64,000 nucleotides of DNA from Paraspadella gotoi. Lineage: Eukaryota > Animalia > Chaetognatha. This document shows, piece after piece, positions 1-12,256 of this stretch (positions within the stretch are counted from its first letter, which is position 1; each line of letters begins with the position of its first letter). The notes under the pieces are model-generated. The model made no database searches. It was not told the DNA's origin and was given only the letters and a program-made list of their open reading frames with translations. Where the stretch lies: NCBI GenBank assembly GCA_051294375.1, contig CM119266.1, positions 23,982,411 through 24,046,410 on the forward strand, read 5' to 3'. Made by a program: the position numbers and the translations under genes.

Positions 1-15
1 AAATGACAATCGGGA

Positions 16-87
16 GCCGTGATAGTATAGCGGTTAGTACTTCGCGTTGTGGCCGCGACAACCCAGGTTCGACTCCTGGTCACGGCA
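16..87 (+). tRNA. tRNA-His (anticodon GTG)
   Basis: Cloverleaf visible: acceptor stem GCCGTGA/TCACGGC plus discriminator A, D-arm GTATAGCGGTTAGTAC, anticodon stem TCGCG/CGCGA with loop TTGTGGC (GTG at 49-51), T-arm CCAGG-TTCGACT-CCTGG. Very similar to the conserved metazoan tRNA-His; no genomic G-1 or CCA, as expected in eukaryotes. Confidence 0.96.
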
Positions 88-344
88 GTACTTTGAGTAA
101 CCTAATTCTATTTTCATTCTTAAAATTTTCTTTATCTTCGAAATGAAAAACAAAACAAAATGAATATTAAAATATAAAATCTAGCGCAATCAGGATTGTA
201 ACAGATTATTAAAAGTTTTATATTTTTTTTTTTTATTAAAAACTATAAAAAATAAAATGATACATAAAAACAGAAAAAAACGGCTCAGGATATATACGTA
301 GGAAATACGGGCATCTCGTGATGAAAGCAACACGCAGCTGGTTT

Positions 345-448
<104 letters not shown>

Positions 449-730
449 CTTAAATCACGATGACGGGACGGATGGCGTCGCACGATGATGAGGAATGGAC
501 TTCTCCGCCGGCGGCGAGATAAAAGCGGAGATGAGTAACGCCGCTGTCAGGTTTGTGAGAGGGATAGTGAGAGCGAAAGAGCGAAAGAGAGAGAGAGAGA
601 GTGATATTGACAAATAAGCAAGACTGATCGAGACTGAGAAGGTGTGAGCGAGTATGAGTTACAATTTTAATCTTCTGTCTCACTTTCTTGATTTTACCTC
701 GTGCGGCTTAACCCTCTGACAATTTTTAAT

Positions 731-798
731 TTCACGTTATCATACTATTCACGTTTTCATACTATTCACGTTATCATACTATTCACGTTTTCATACAT
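731..798. repeat. 17-bp minisatellite, 4 units
   Basis: TTCACGTTATCATACTA alternating with TTCACGTTTTCATACTA. Confidence 0.9.
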
Positions 799-1969
799 TC
801 CTCCTCGCCTACTTTTATCATATTTTTTTTCTTTTTTTTTGCCACATTTTTTTTTCTTTCTAAACCCTGTATTGTTTCTGCTCACGAAGGCTTACACAAT
901 ACACCAATTACACATACGTAGACGAAACATGTCCTTTTTTTCTTGTAAAATAAAAACAATTTTGTCGTTTTCGTTTGTTTTTTTTCTAAACTCATGATAT
1001 TTTCCGTAATTCGGTTTTTTTTTCATTCCTTTTTTTCCCCAAATTTCCCCTTTTCACTCTGTCCCATTTTTTCCTTCTACCCTCTCACAAACTCACACGT
1101 TCGGAAGAGGGAAAAAAAGGGCGAATGGCAGCAGAGATGGCGTTGGCCGTTTTACGAGTCTAACCTCTGCCCTTGGATTCATGACTGCAATGGGAATGTT
1201 GCCACTTTTTTTTTCAATTTCATTCTCCATCTTCCCCGCGCGTGTTTCTCGCTTCGTCCCTCGTCGTTCAAACCGTCCCACCCTTTTACCCCAACGTACT
1301 GTTTAAACTTCGAAGGACCCATGTTACGAAACCCACACTAACTCCCCTTTTCCCCTATCGCCCCCGACCCCTCATCGGTCTCCCGCCCCCCACGCCCACA
1401 CACACACACACAAAAATAATAAAAGTGCGACATTCGTCGCGTCGACGACCGCGAATCGCGACTTTCGGGTCGACGAGGGAAAATTGGATTTCGCGGGTGA
1501 CGACAATAACAAAAGCAATAACGATGTCAAAGAAAACCAAGGCCTCTCGAGGTCAGCAGTTAATGTATCAGAATGTCAAATCATTTCAAATTATATTTTT
1601 ATGAATCTAATTTGATTCAGAAAGTAAACATTTTCACAAATTCACTATATTGACTTTTTTTTGATTGGCGTTTTGCTCCGCTAAAATAAATCGCTTACTG
1701 TATTTTCTCGACTTACCCTATTTTTTCGGCTTACCGTATTAAGCGACGCTTCATTGCCGTCGTGACATTTAGGACTGGCTCCTGCTGATTAGTTCACCGT
1801 GAAATAGTATCGTGTGATTGAAATATTTATTTAATTTTTTTTTACTTATTTCGTTATTTGATCTCACTCGAAACGAGGCGGCCTCCGTTTAATCTACACG
1901 CCTCACCTGCAACGACCTTCCCACCCCTTGGTCCCCCTTGCCTCCACCACCCCCAAACCCTGGATCGCC

Positions 1970-4405
1970 ATGCCTCCCGCTATGCTCCAACTGCCCCTCC
2001 ACCTCCGCCTCCGTCACGTCGTCTTCTACTACCTCCTCTGGGTTTTCCTCGTCGTCGAAGTCGCCTGGTACTACCTACCGACCGTGCCGACGGAGAAGCC
2101 GGTGCGCGTGCCGACGCGTCCCGCGCCGGAACCGGCCCCGACGCGATCGACGGCGCTCGTCTTCGGGGTCTTTACCGACCTCCACGCGGCTTCGGCGCCC
2201 GAGTCTATCAACAAGGACTCGGGAAGGTGCGCTCGAAAGCCGTCATATGGTCATTATTTTAACAGTCGCAATACAAGCGCTGGTTTACGTCATGTCATTT
2301 AAACAATTTTGTATTCAGGTAAAAAAAAATTTTAAAAAAATACAGGCGGCGCTATCACCGAGAAGGCGTTGCTCGTCTCGACGCTGCCGTCGACCACTGG
2401 CGGCGACGCGACGTCCAGTTCCTCGTGGATCTTGGCGACCTCCTCGACGCCGCCAGCGGACGATTGGGAACGCTGGAGGAGGACCTGATCTCCGTGGACT
2501 TGGTGCTGCGCCGAGTGGAGAAGCCGACTTTCAAGATTCTGGGAAATCACGATCTGTAACTAGACGAGAGGGAAAAAAATTGAAAAGTATAGAAAAACAA
2601 AAGATACACAAAGCCTTTGGCGACTCAAATGATTATTTTTCGTTTCGTCGGTTCGTCGTCGTCTTCGTCATTTGAGTCACGATGAGCCTGTCTGTCTTGA
2701 CTTTTATTTCCTTCTTCTTTCTTTTCTTTTTCTTTTCTCATAATTGTTATTTCTTTTTTTAACTCCCCTCAGTTACAACTTCAACTTTTCAACCTGGCTC
2801 CGTATTTTAAAATCCTCCCGCTCCATGGCGCCGCAAACGCGGTTCTTTCGCCGCTTCATCACGCCGCGACCCGGTGTCAGAATTTTGCTCCTCAACAGCT
2901 TCGCCATCAGCGTCCTTGGCGGAGAGGTTTTTGAAAGAAGATGTTAAGATAGAGAAGACTACGACGACGATGACCCCGTCGCCGACGATGTTATCGGACC
3001 CTCATGAATGACTGGAAAGATTAAAGCTAACAAAACAATGACGAAAAATCAGAAAGATAATTTTCGTAGGTCCTCGAGAAAGGGGCCAACGCGACGGAAT
3101 ATTTGGAAACGAAGGGTCGGCGCGATTCTGAAGAATTAAGCCCAACTGATTTGGAGTACAGAGTAAGACCATTAGTTTATTAGTTAGAATATATTGCTTA
3201 TTAGTTAGGGTATTTTTTCCGTATTCTAGCTAATCATGAATGGATAATAGTTGTATGGAGGACTAAAAACCGTTAATGAGCGGCCATTGGTGCCCGAGGC
3301 AATTCATTCGCCTCCCAACGCAAAGGTCCGGGTTTCAAGCCCGGTGGTCGCCTAGCAGTTAAGAGGGACGGGGCGCTTAATCCGCCTGTAACGCGGTGTT
3401 ACAGCTAGATCCGAAGTTCAGGGACAGCTTATATTGAACGGTTCTGTCATTAACTCATAACAATAATTACTGTCTCTTCGGTTGGAAATATTAAGAGACT
3501 ATGGGAACGGCGGGATGCATAAAGAGGGGGTGTACTTTATCGACTGACTTTAGAAGTTTCTCTTCTACTTAACGAAAGTAGAAGTGGCCACGGGAATGAA
3601 ACCCTTAAAATGGTATATGATCCCGCCGAGCGACAGGCTATGTTTCAATGGCAATATGTCTTTGTGTCCGAACGATCCCAGTGGAAACCATACAACGGCG
3701 CCTTTGGAGACGAGCAGCTTTGGTGGATGGAGAGCCAGCTGGCGACGGCGAGGCGGAAGCGGGAGAAGGTTATCATCTTCTCACACATCGCTGTTCATCC
3801 TGAGGTGCGTGAAGCGTCGACGGTTTCGTCAACGCAGATCATCATCATCATCATCATCATCTTCGTTATTTTATCGTTAACTGGGAAAAGAAGGCCATTA
3901 ATTTTTGACCTCACTGACGACATGAAGATAGTCGCAGTTACTTTCGTCAATCTGTGTTTAGTCTTTACTTTTACTTTTAAGTTTTTTTTTAAACTATGGG
4001 CAGTGCTAGTTAAAAGCAATATTTTTGTTCTGCCAATTTTCCCAATCTTCCCAATTTTTCATTCAGTCCTCCGCTTTCACAGCCTGGGACCGCGACAAAG
4101 CCCTGCATTCTCTGACTCAATTCTCCGACGTCATCGTCGCCTTCGTCGCTGGCCACGCCCACACTGGCGGCTTTTTCCGCGACGAGATTCTCAAGTTGAC
4201 TTTCTTGACGCTTGACTCGATGACGGAGGCCGCGCACGACGACGCCGCTTACCACACGTTCGAGTTACATCCGGACCGTCTGACCGTACAAAGGGGACAG
4301 GAGGAGCCCCTTCTGATTTGGAGGATGAAAGAGGGAGGGAGTGAAGGGGAAGTGACGAGTGAAAAGAGACAGGGGAGTGAGAACGAGGAGATGAGGAGAA
4401 GTTGA
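1970..4405 (+). CDS. ADPRM: Mn2+-dependent ADP-ribose/CDP-alcohol diphosphatase-like metallophosphoesterase with N-terminal transmembrane segment; exons 1970-2226, 2346-2555, 2773-2926, 3070-3162, 3682-3804, 4067-4405 (391 aa)
   Basis: All five introns are GT-AG and the phases join into one frame (1176 nt). Metallophosphoesterase/ADPRM motifs occur in order: FGVFTDLH, RRRYHR, LVDLGDLLD, ILGNHDLYNF, RILLLNSFAISVLG, YNGAFGDEQLWW, KVIIFSHIAVHP, AWD, VAFVAGHAHTGG, YHTFELHPDRL. Start codon context ATCGCCATG. May be a paralogue rather than the strict orthologue. Confidence 0.88.
3253..3479 (+). mobile_element. tRNA-derived SINE-like element, copy 1 (in ADPRM intron 4)
   Basis: Aligns over ~230 nt to the reverse complement of 11561-11794. 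The 5' part has A-box-like (TGGTGCCCGAGG) and B-box-like (GGTTTCAAGCCC) motifs at tRNA-like spacing. Confidence 0.7.
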
Positions 4406-5369
4406 TAAAAACCGGAGAAAGACGAATAGTTTAGATTTTCATTTGAAATTTTTCGTTCGCTTTTATTTTACATTCTGTAATCTGTAATTTGCAAATTAAT
4501 ATTTTTTGATCTTTACTAATTCGGGCCAGTTATGGTATAATTCAATATAATTTATTCTTTTTCGTATTAAGGCTAAAATCAGTTAAGAGAAATTAGTCAA
4601 CAACAAGGTCTGAACGTTACAATTCAAAAATGCGATACTAAGACTTATGAAATAGTATTCGGACTCGGTTTCTCGCTAGCACGCTTGGCTGAGCGCTCAA
4701 AGATAAACTGTGCAAATAATGTTTTGTTCCGTGTCTTGTGAGAGGGTATCAAGGGACGCTTGTGGTTTTTTTTTTAAAAAAGTGGTAACAATGTAAACAG
4801 TTTACTTCAATAAGTCTCACAAAAGAACGAATGTTATCAGCTTCCGCAGAGTTATCAGAACCAGGGTGACAGTTTTTTGGCTGCTCGTTGTTCGACGTCC
4901 AAATGTCACGGAAAATTGGAAGGGTGGATATGCGGCGGCGGCGGCGGCGGCGGCGGAAACGACGTTTTTTCCATATTCTTCGGGTCAGTTTTTACGACGC
5001 GAAACAAATATTTAGACCCGACGAGGGACTCGTAAAAAGAACCATAAACGCGCGGGAAGGGAATTTCGCCGCGGGTTTTTCCGAATTCCACCCAAAACCG
5101 AAACTACGATAAGGAAACCATAAAAAACGTCTCGGGGGAGCCTGGAGGGCAGTTGGTGGAAGATGAGGGGATGGAGGGGGAAAAGTAGGCGTGGCGGAGG
5201 GTGAGCGGGGAGGCTTGCGTTTGAACGAAGACAGTAGAATACATTGTTGGGTAAGTTACGTACAAGGAGAAAAGAACGTTTACTGATTACTCTGTTTACT
5301 GTGTACTCTTTACTTTCCATTTGGTAGCAAAAATGGTATTTTTTTTTTTAATGTACCGTTTGCCAAAAT

Positions 5370-5571
5370 TTATTTCAACGTTGCTTCTCTTTGATTATTG
5401 TCGAGCAGACTAATAGAATCCGCCAGCAAGGCTGAGTCCGTCTCCTTGCTGATTTCGGCGCCGACGTCTGCGCGACGCGAGACTGCACGTTCGTCTAAGA
5501 TAGTCGGCTCTTCAGTTGGCGGTCTTTCCGGCGCCGCGTTTTCTGCCGGCGCCGCGCCGGAAAGGAAAAAT
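5370..5571 (-). CDS. Putative orphan terminal coding exon (FFLSGAAPAENAAPERPPTEEPTILDERAVSRRADVGAEISKETDSALLADSISLLDNNQREATLK*)
   Basis: CCCCCATAG acceptor followed by a GC-rich open frame to TAA at 5372-5370. Upstream exons were not identified and no family was recognised. Confidence 0.3.
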
Positions 5572-5636
5572 CTATGGGGGCCAAAAGTTCGTCTGCAAAA
5601 GAGTCGAATGGATTGGGTTTTTCTTTCTGCTCAGAA

Positions 5637-5784
5637 TTTTCTTTCTTTTTATTTCTTTTTTTTTCTTTCTTTCTTTCTTTCTTTCTTTTTTCTTCTTCTT
5701 TCTTTCTTTCTTTCTTTCTTTCTTCTTTCTTTCTTTCTTTCTTTTTTCTTTCTTTCTTTTTCTTTCCTTTCTTTCCTTTTCTTT

Positions 5785-5816
<32 letters not shown>

Positions 5817-5899
5817 TTCTTCTTTCTTTTTTTCTTTTCTTTTCTTTCTTCTTTCTCTTTCTTCTTTCTTTCTTTCTTTCTTTCTTTTCTTTCTTCTGT

Positions 5900-5930
<31 letters not shown>
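5637..5930. repeat. (TTTC)n low-complexity tract
   Basis: Imperfect TTTC/TTC array of about 290 nt. Confidence 0.95.
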
Positions 5931-5932
<2 letters not shown>

Positions 5933-8282
5933 GCCGGAATGAAAATTTCCGGGTAAACGGGTTTCGTCGGGTTTATGGATTTCTTTAATGGCCGAAAGAG
6001 GATGGGAGTTTTGGCGAACGAAACCACATAAAAATATTGTACAAATATTATAAAAATGAGGAATGACGCTCGATGTTATAACAAGTTTTATTTTTATTTC
6101 TTATTTGGAGATATTTTTTTGGGGGAAAAACATGGTTTGTAACATAGTGGCTTTTGCCAATTTCAGTTCAAAAAACACACTCCATTATTAATAAAAAAAA
6201 TATTAGTATAACAATTAAATAAACCAGGGAACTATCTAATAGTTTTCAAGTTTGTTTTACAGATTGCAACTTAGATCTCGACGACGACCACGATCAAATC
6301 GAGGACGACGTCGACGAAAAACCTTTTAAGAGGAAATTGACGACGACAACGACGACGCCGATGATGACGACAACGACGACGACGACAACGACGACGTCAA
6401 CTCCGTCAACGACGTCAACAAAGAGCTCTATTTCTCGATTTGGATTCGATTGGGATTCGAAGGTCGTGAAGGTTTATGTAGCGAGAAGCGGAGAAGTCAG
6501 GAGGGAAGCGGGGAACGAGGAAGCGGAGAAGCGGAACGAGGAAGCAGAGACGCAAGAGGGAGCCTTAGGGGGGGGGAGGGGGAAAGAAGCGTGACTCATT
6601 CTCTCGCTCGCTCGTTCTCTGTCTCTCACTTTCTCCTTCCACCCCGGGATTTCATTCCATCCTGATCCTTCTCGCCGTTTCTCCTTCTTTCTTAACTTGT
6701 TCTCCTTTCTCCTTCTTCTCTTCCTCTTCCTCTTCCTCCTCTTCCTCCTCTTCCTCCGCCAATAAATAAGAGTCTCCTTAATGAAACTCGGATATTGCGT
6801 CGTTCGCTTCCGGTTGTTGTTGTAGTCGTCGTCGTCGTCAATGCCTTCTTCATTACATCAATTCAAAGCATTTACTTTATTGTTATCGATCTTGTTAAAA
6901 TTTATCGATGAACAAGTAAAGTAAGTTTCGTCTACATCATGATGTCTGACAATCTCAATTTTTCATGTTTACCAGCATTAACTCACCGTTAAAATGAAAT
7001 ATTCACCCAGCCTGTATGTTCTGGTCTTATAATATATTCATCTTCTTTCCTATGAGTGATAGAAAACGATATGATATTGGAAACCAAAGTTTCATTACTG
7101 ACATTTCTTTCACGATCCAGTATCAGCTTATGTCATTGATATATGGAACCATCCAGTCTTCTCCATCTAGATTCGACACTCTCTCCCTCTCTCTCTCCGT
7201 CTTCCTCTCCCTCTCTCTCTCCGCCTTCCTTTCCCTCTCCCTCTCCCTCTCCATCTCGCGCGTTCCTCCCTTTATTCCTCCAACGGCGCCGCTTGTTTGT
7301 GTGGCGCCGAAGCGAATCGCCTCATAACGCGTTCGTGGCTCCGACTCTCGCCGCCCGCCGCCCGCCGCTCAGCGCCGCTCTGCCGCTCCACTTCACTTCT
7401 GCTCCTTCAATATCTTTCTTCCGTTCCATTCCCTGATTTTAAGTTGCCGCCTGTCCGGATCAATGTCCAGTCTATTCGATCTCACTCTTATCTTTTCCCT
7501 TGTTAATTTTCTCTAAATCCTATTGAGCTTCAAAACTCCAATATATTTCCTTTTCATTCCATTCCGCTCCATTCTCTCCACTTCCCTTCCGCTCCACTAA
7601 AAACTCCAACACTCTCGCCAACCAGCGGCGTCTCCGGTTTCCATGGTACCACGCCCGGTTCGCCTGCGACGGGGACGCCTTTATAGTCGCTTGTTCTTCG
7701 AACCATAAACAGTTGAACACATTTTTCTTTTTTTGTTAATTAAAAATAATAACAACCTAAAAAAATAAACGTCAGGGAAAGCCTGAGTGGTTTTGTTGTA
7801 GCATGTAAAGAAACTTATTATTGAAGAGCAGACGATCACGATGAAGAAGACGATGATGACGACAATGGCAACGACGACGGAGACGTTGGCGATGAGTAAG
7901 ACCTATTACATTAAAACCTCCATGTCTCGATCGACAGTTGATTCGCATTGATCATACGACCCCCATTCCGCTCAACTTCACCACGAACCACAACAGGCGC
8001 ACCCAAAGCTTCGGGCGTGGGGCCGGCGCCTCTAGCGGCCGTTGAAGCGGCGTCTCTTCGGTCCTCGGCGTCGTTTCGTCGTCGAGAGCCGAGTTTCACG
8101 ACCTCGTTCTTCATTCGGCGCCGGAAAAAAAAGCGGAAATGGCGCCGAGAAACGACGCTCAATATTTCAAAAAGGAAAACAAGGACTCGGGCGGAAGAAA
8201 GAAGGGAAATATAAACAAGGAGAAATGGAGAATAAAAAGGGAAGGGGAAAGAGGAAGTTTGGAAAATGGGATGTAAACGGAG

Positions 8283-8329
8283 AAGAAGAGAAAAAAAAAA
8301 GAAAAAAAGAAAAAAAGAAAGAAAGTAAA

Positions 8330-8413
<84 letters not shown>

Positions 8414-8435
8414 GAATGAAAAGAAAGAAGAGAAA
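8283..8435. repeat. (GAAA)n microsatellite
   Basis: GAAA array. Confidence 0.95.
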
Positions 8436-8665
8436 GAACGAAACGAACAAAACAGTCAGAATTTAAAAAAATAAATAGATGCATTCACAAAAACAAATCA
8501 AAAATCAGTTGTATAAAAAGAAAAAAACTATTTTGTAAAAACAGGAGAAAAAATCGTTCTATCCAAAACGCTGATGGAACACATTTTAAAAATCACTTTA
8601 ACTGAAAAACAATCAATTTAGCAGCCCTTCATCTACTCAACGTTCCATTTCCGAAAATTCATTTC

Positions 8666-8751
<86 letters not shown>
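8666..8751. repeat. (CT)n microsatellite
   Basis: CT dinucleotide run. Confidence 0.95.
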
Positions 8752-8755
<4 letters not shown>

Positions 8756-11560
8756 CATTTGGAAATCGCCCGAATTCCGAAACGAGGTTCTCCCCCTGAA
8801 ATGGCCTCTTTTAGCTCGCGTTTTATCTCCTTTTTTTCTCCTCCTTCCGCGCCCCCCTCTCCATCCTTACCCGCCACCCCTCACCATCCCTACCCCATCC
8901 GACGGCGATGATTCGCAAAAACGACTCCCGCCGCCGCCTCCGTCCCCGCCCGAAGCCGCTGCCGCGACGCTGCCAAAATCATAAAAACATTTAAAAGGAT
9001 TATTTCCCGCTTTCAGGGCTTCGCTTTAGTATCGCTTTAGTATCGCCTCTCCGTTTCTCTGTTTGGGCCTTAATCGCGTTTGGCAACGAGAATTTGAGGG
9101 TGGGGGAGACGAATCGAGAGAGGGAGTTAGGGGTTGGGGGAGATGAAGGAATTGAAAATGGATTTTGACTTTTTAGTTCTCAAATTGTTATTATGAAATG
9201 GTACAAACAATATAAAATTTATCCATTCATTTAATAAATAAGCTATCTTGCCCTGACTTTGGACAGGCTTTGGTGGTTTTTAAGGCCTCCATCACTCTTA
9301 CAAGATAATGACATAGCAGGTCCCTGCAAGCTTTAAATCAAGACTATATTTTTTTAGAAATAGGCGTTTGAAGTACAAATTATATTAAGGATTGTAATTT
9401 CTAAAAATAATCTCACTTCGTTTTAGATTGCATTCTTTTTTTTTTTACTTCTGTACTCTCCCCTCTCAGAACCACCACTTGTGTTTATACGTATTTGTTT
9501 TTTATTTCCTTGTAAAACGACGTTTTACAACTTCTTGCGGATCAGGCAGAAGGTAGGACTGACTCACTGAGTGAAATGATAGTTAGGAACGCGAGGAGAT
9601 AAAATATATTTTTTAGAAAAGAGACTTCGTACTCATCCATGCCAGGAACACTAAAGGAAAGGAATCAACAAAAAAAAATCAATAATGTAAAATCGTGGAC
9701 TGAAAAATGCCGTTAATGATATTTTATGAATTATGACAATAACGGTTTTTCATTAACTTTAACTCTGAAACCAATATATTGGTTGTATCGTTTTCATATA
9801 TATCTATTAAAATTCATTTATCATTACTATGTATTCATCGTGAATTTTTTAAACATAGAAAAGTAGTATTTCTATTATCAATAAAATTTTTGAAGAACGA
9901 GGCAAATTTAACATTATCTATCAAATGTTCTCAACTGTTGTTTTGTTTCTTTTTATTTCGTTGTTCAGCGTTCCGTTTCCTTGTGTCCTCTAGCGAAACT
10001 TTTTAGAAACTTCATTCAAGTGGTTTAGGGACAAAATAACAATCGGAAGAAATGATTTCAAAACTATTTCAAAGTTTAATTTCTATTTCCTGGAGTAGAC
10101 TATAAAACATAAATATGAGAGACTTATTACATGCAGTGGACTGGAGACTTATTTTGAAGTGTATTAATTTCATTTTTTCTGTGAAAGATTGCATTCTAAT
10201 TTTTATTATATTCGTATATAAGATTCGGGGATTTTTAAATTGACTATTTTTCAAAATACGACACTTAATGAACTAACCACATATAGTCAGCTTCATTTTC
10301 TTTCACTTTCTTAAAATTTTACACTCGAATCTGAAAAAAAAAAACCCATGACACGTCTCTAAAGGTGGATTCGATCGTTTGATTTACGTAATGAAAAACG
10401 AGCGGCGTTTCCGCGTAAATTTGCGTTGACTCGAAACTCGGCGGGTGGGGGGTCTGTAGTCGGGGAAGCCGTGAGTAAGCAAGATCTGCGGCGGGGCCTT
10501 TGTGGGTTATTGTTCAAAGGGGTGGTTGCCACGTCAATGTTGCTTCGGGGCAAAGAGCGGCGACTTTCTCGTATGAGTATTTCATACTCTCTCCCTTTAT
10601 TCCCTACCGCGGTACCTCGCTTTTCTATTTTAAAGAAAAAAATGGAAAGGGTAATACTGCGGGAGAATAAAAAGGAGAGAAGAATAAAAGAGGCACGAAA
10701 AATCAAAGGAAGCCGCGTTGTTGAAAAGCAAAGGGGGGTAGAAAGTCGGAACGTTTGTTCTATTTCAAGATGCACGTCGTAGGTAATCTAAATTTCAGAA
10801 TGCATGTAGTTTGTAATCGTAAAAAAATTGTTGAGTATCTTGACAGTAATTTGTTGAATGTACACTGAAATGATCTGAAATGATACGTTTCTAGCTTGAT
10901 TAAACAAATAAAGGCGGAAAGTACTTCACTTAGAAACCATCTGACCTTTTGTTTTTCCTGAAGATTTGGTGGCGACAATGACAAGTACCTCTAACGGAAA
11001 TTTTCAAAACTAAGATTCAAACAAATGTCTATGTCAGAATAAAACCTGAAACTGAATTAGAAATTTAAATCATAGTATAATTTAGAATAAAATCAAACTA
11101 GGCCATCAGTAAAATTATTTAATTTTTAAAATTCGATTAAGATTTCGATTTTCAAGCTTACGATATGACATGATATGATACGTGAAATAAGAAAATTCAT
11201 TTAGTTCCAGGTTTGATACCTTTTTAAACGCCAAACTAAGAAAATATAAACAAGGAAAAACTTAGTTTTTTAAATTATGAACTTTATTTGCATGCACCTA
11301 ATGTTAATCCTTTTTGTAATGTTTTGGTATAATTAGCCTTAAATGGCTTTTATCAACTGATCAATTAGATAAATATCGGGTGGGTGGCTTCGTGTTCTTT
11401 CAGTCTATCATCGCAGAGAATGGTTTATCAAGTACCTTACCTCTCGTAGTGGCTATGAAGTAGAATACAAAAATTAAAAGCATTTAAAAGTAAAAAAATA
11501 TCAAAAAAAGAAAGAAAAACGCCCCTAGTAGATAGCATATTTAAGTTTTTAAAAGATAAT

Positions 11561-11794
11561 GAAGAGACAGTAATTACTGTTAAGTGTTAGTGACAGAACC
11601 GTTCAATATAAGCAGTCCCTGAGCTTCGGATCAGGCTGTAACACCGTGTTACAGGCGAGTTAAGCGCCCCGTCCCTCTTAACTTCCAGGCGGCGACCGGG
11701 CAAGAACCCCGGACCTTTGGGTTGGGAGACGAATGACTTACCTCCGGCACCAATGGCTGCTGATGAACGATTGGTGGATTTTAGTCCACCATAC
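11561..11794 (-). mobile_element. tRNA-derived SINE-like element, copy 2
   Basis: Reverse complement reads GCAGCCATTGGTGCCGGAGGTAAG...GGGGTTCTTGCCCGG...GTTAAGAGGGACGGGGCGCTTAA...CTTATATTGAACGGTTCTGTCA...TAATTACTGTCTCTTC, collinear with 3253-3479 and differing mostly by substitutions. Confidence 0.7.
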
Positions 11795-12231
11795 TAGTAG
11801 GTTAACAAAGTTAAACATAGTTTGTGTTTCACGCCATTAAATGTATATATAACGTTCGCAAAGTATGCTAAGTTTCGAATGTCGGACTTTTGTAATCTTC
11901 CACATTGTACTCAACTACTTAACTACGCTTTAACTTTTTTAAACCCATTTTCTCACCCAACTTAAGAAATAGAGAGAGCGAATGAGAATTTGAAAGCATC
12001 TCAACTCGCCGCGCCAACGTAATTAATCTATTATCTTTTGGTTTAAACATTTGTTTCAAAACATTTTCTTGCCGGACAAAGAACAAAAATTATCCCCCAC
12101 AAAGTGAATTTGAGTCTCTCAATTATCACTTAGCTAAAAGTCAGAAAAGATAACCATGTGTAGTCAATGACGAAGTTTAGCCTCGTCAGGCAATCTTGGG
12201 AGATTGCTTCGTCGACTGGCCTCTTTTAAGT

Positions 12232-12256
12232 ATCAAAGGTCATAGGTCAAAGTTGA
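12232..12256 (+). promoter_or_regulatory. Candidate nuclear-receptor DR1 element with overlapping TCF-like site
   Basis: AGGTCA-T-AGGTCA-A-AGTTGA at 12237-12256, overlapped by ATCAAAG at 12232-12238. Motif match only. Confidence 0.3.

Noticed and set aside
6262-6475. Possible plus-strand exon (DLDDDHDQIEDDVDEKPFKRKLTTTT...)
   Set aside because: Low-complexity GAC/ACG repeat with no recognisable domain and no linkable neighbouring exons.
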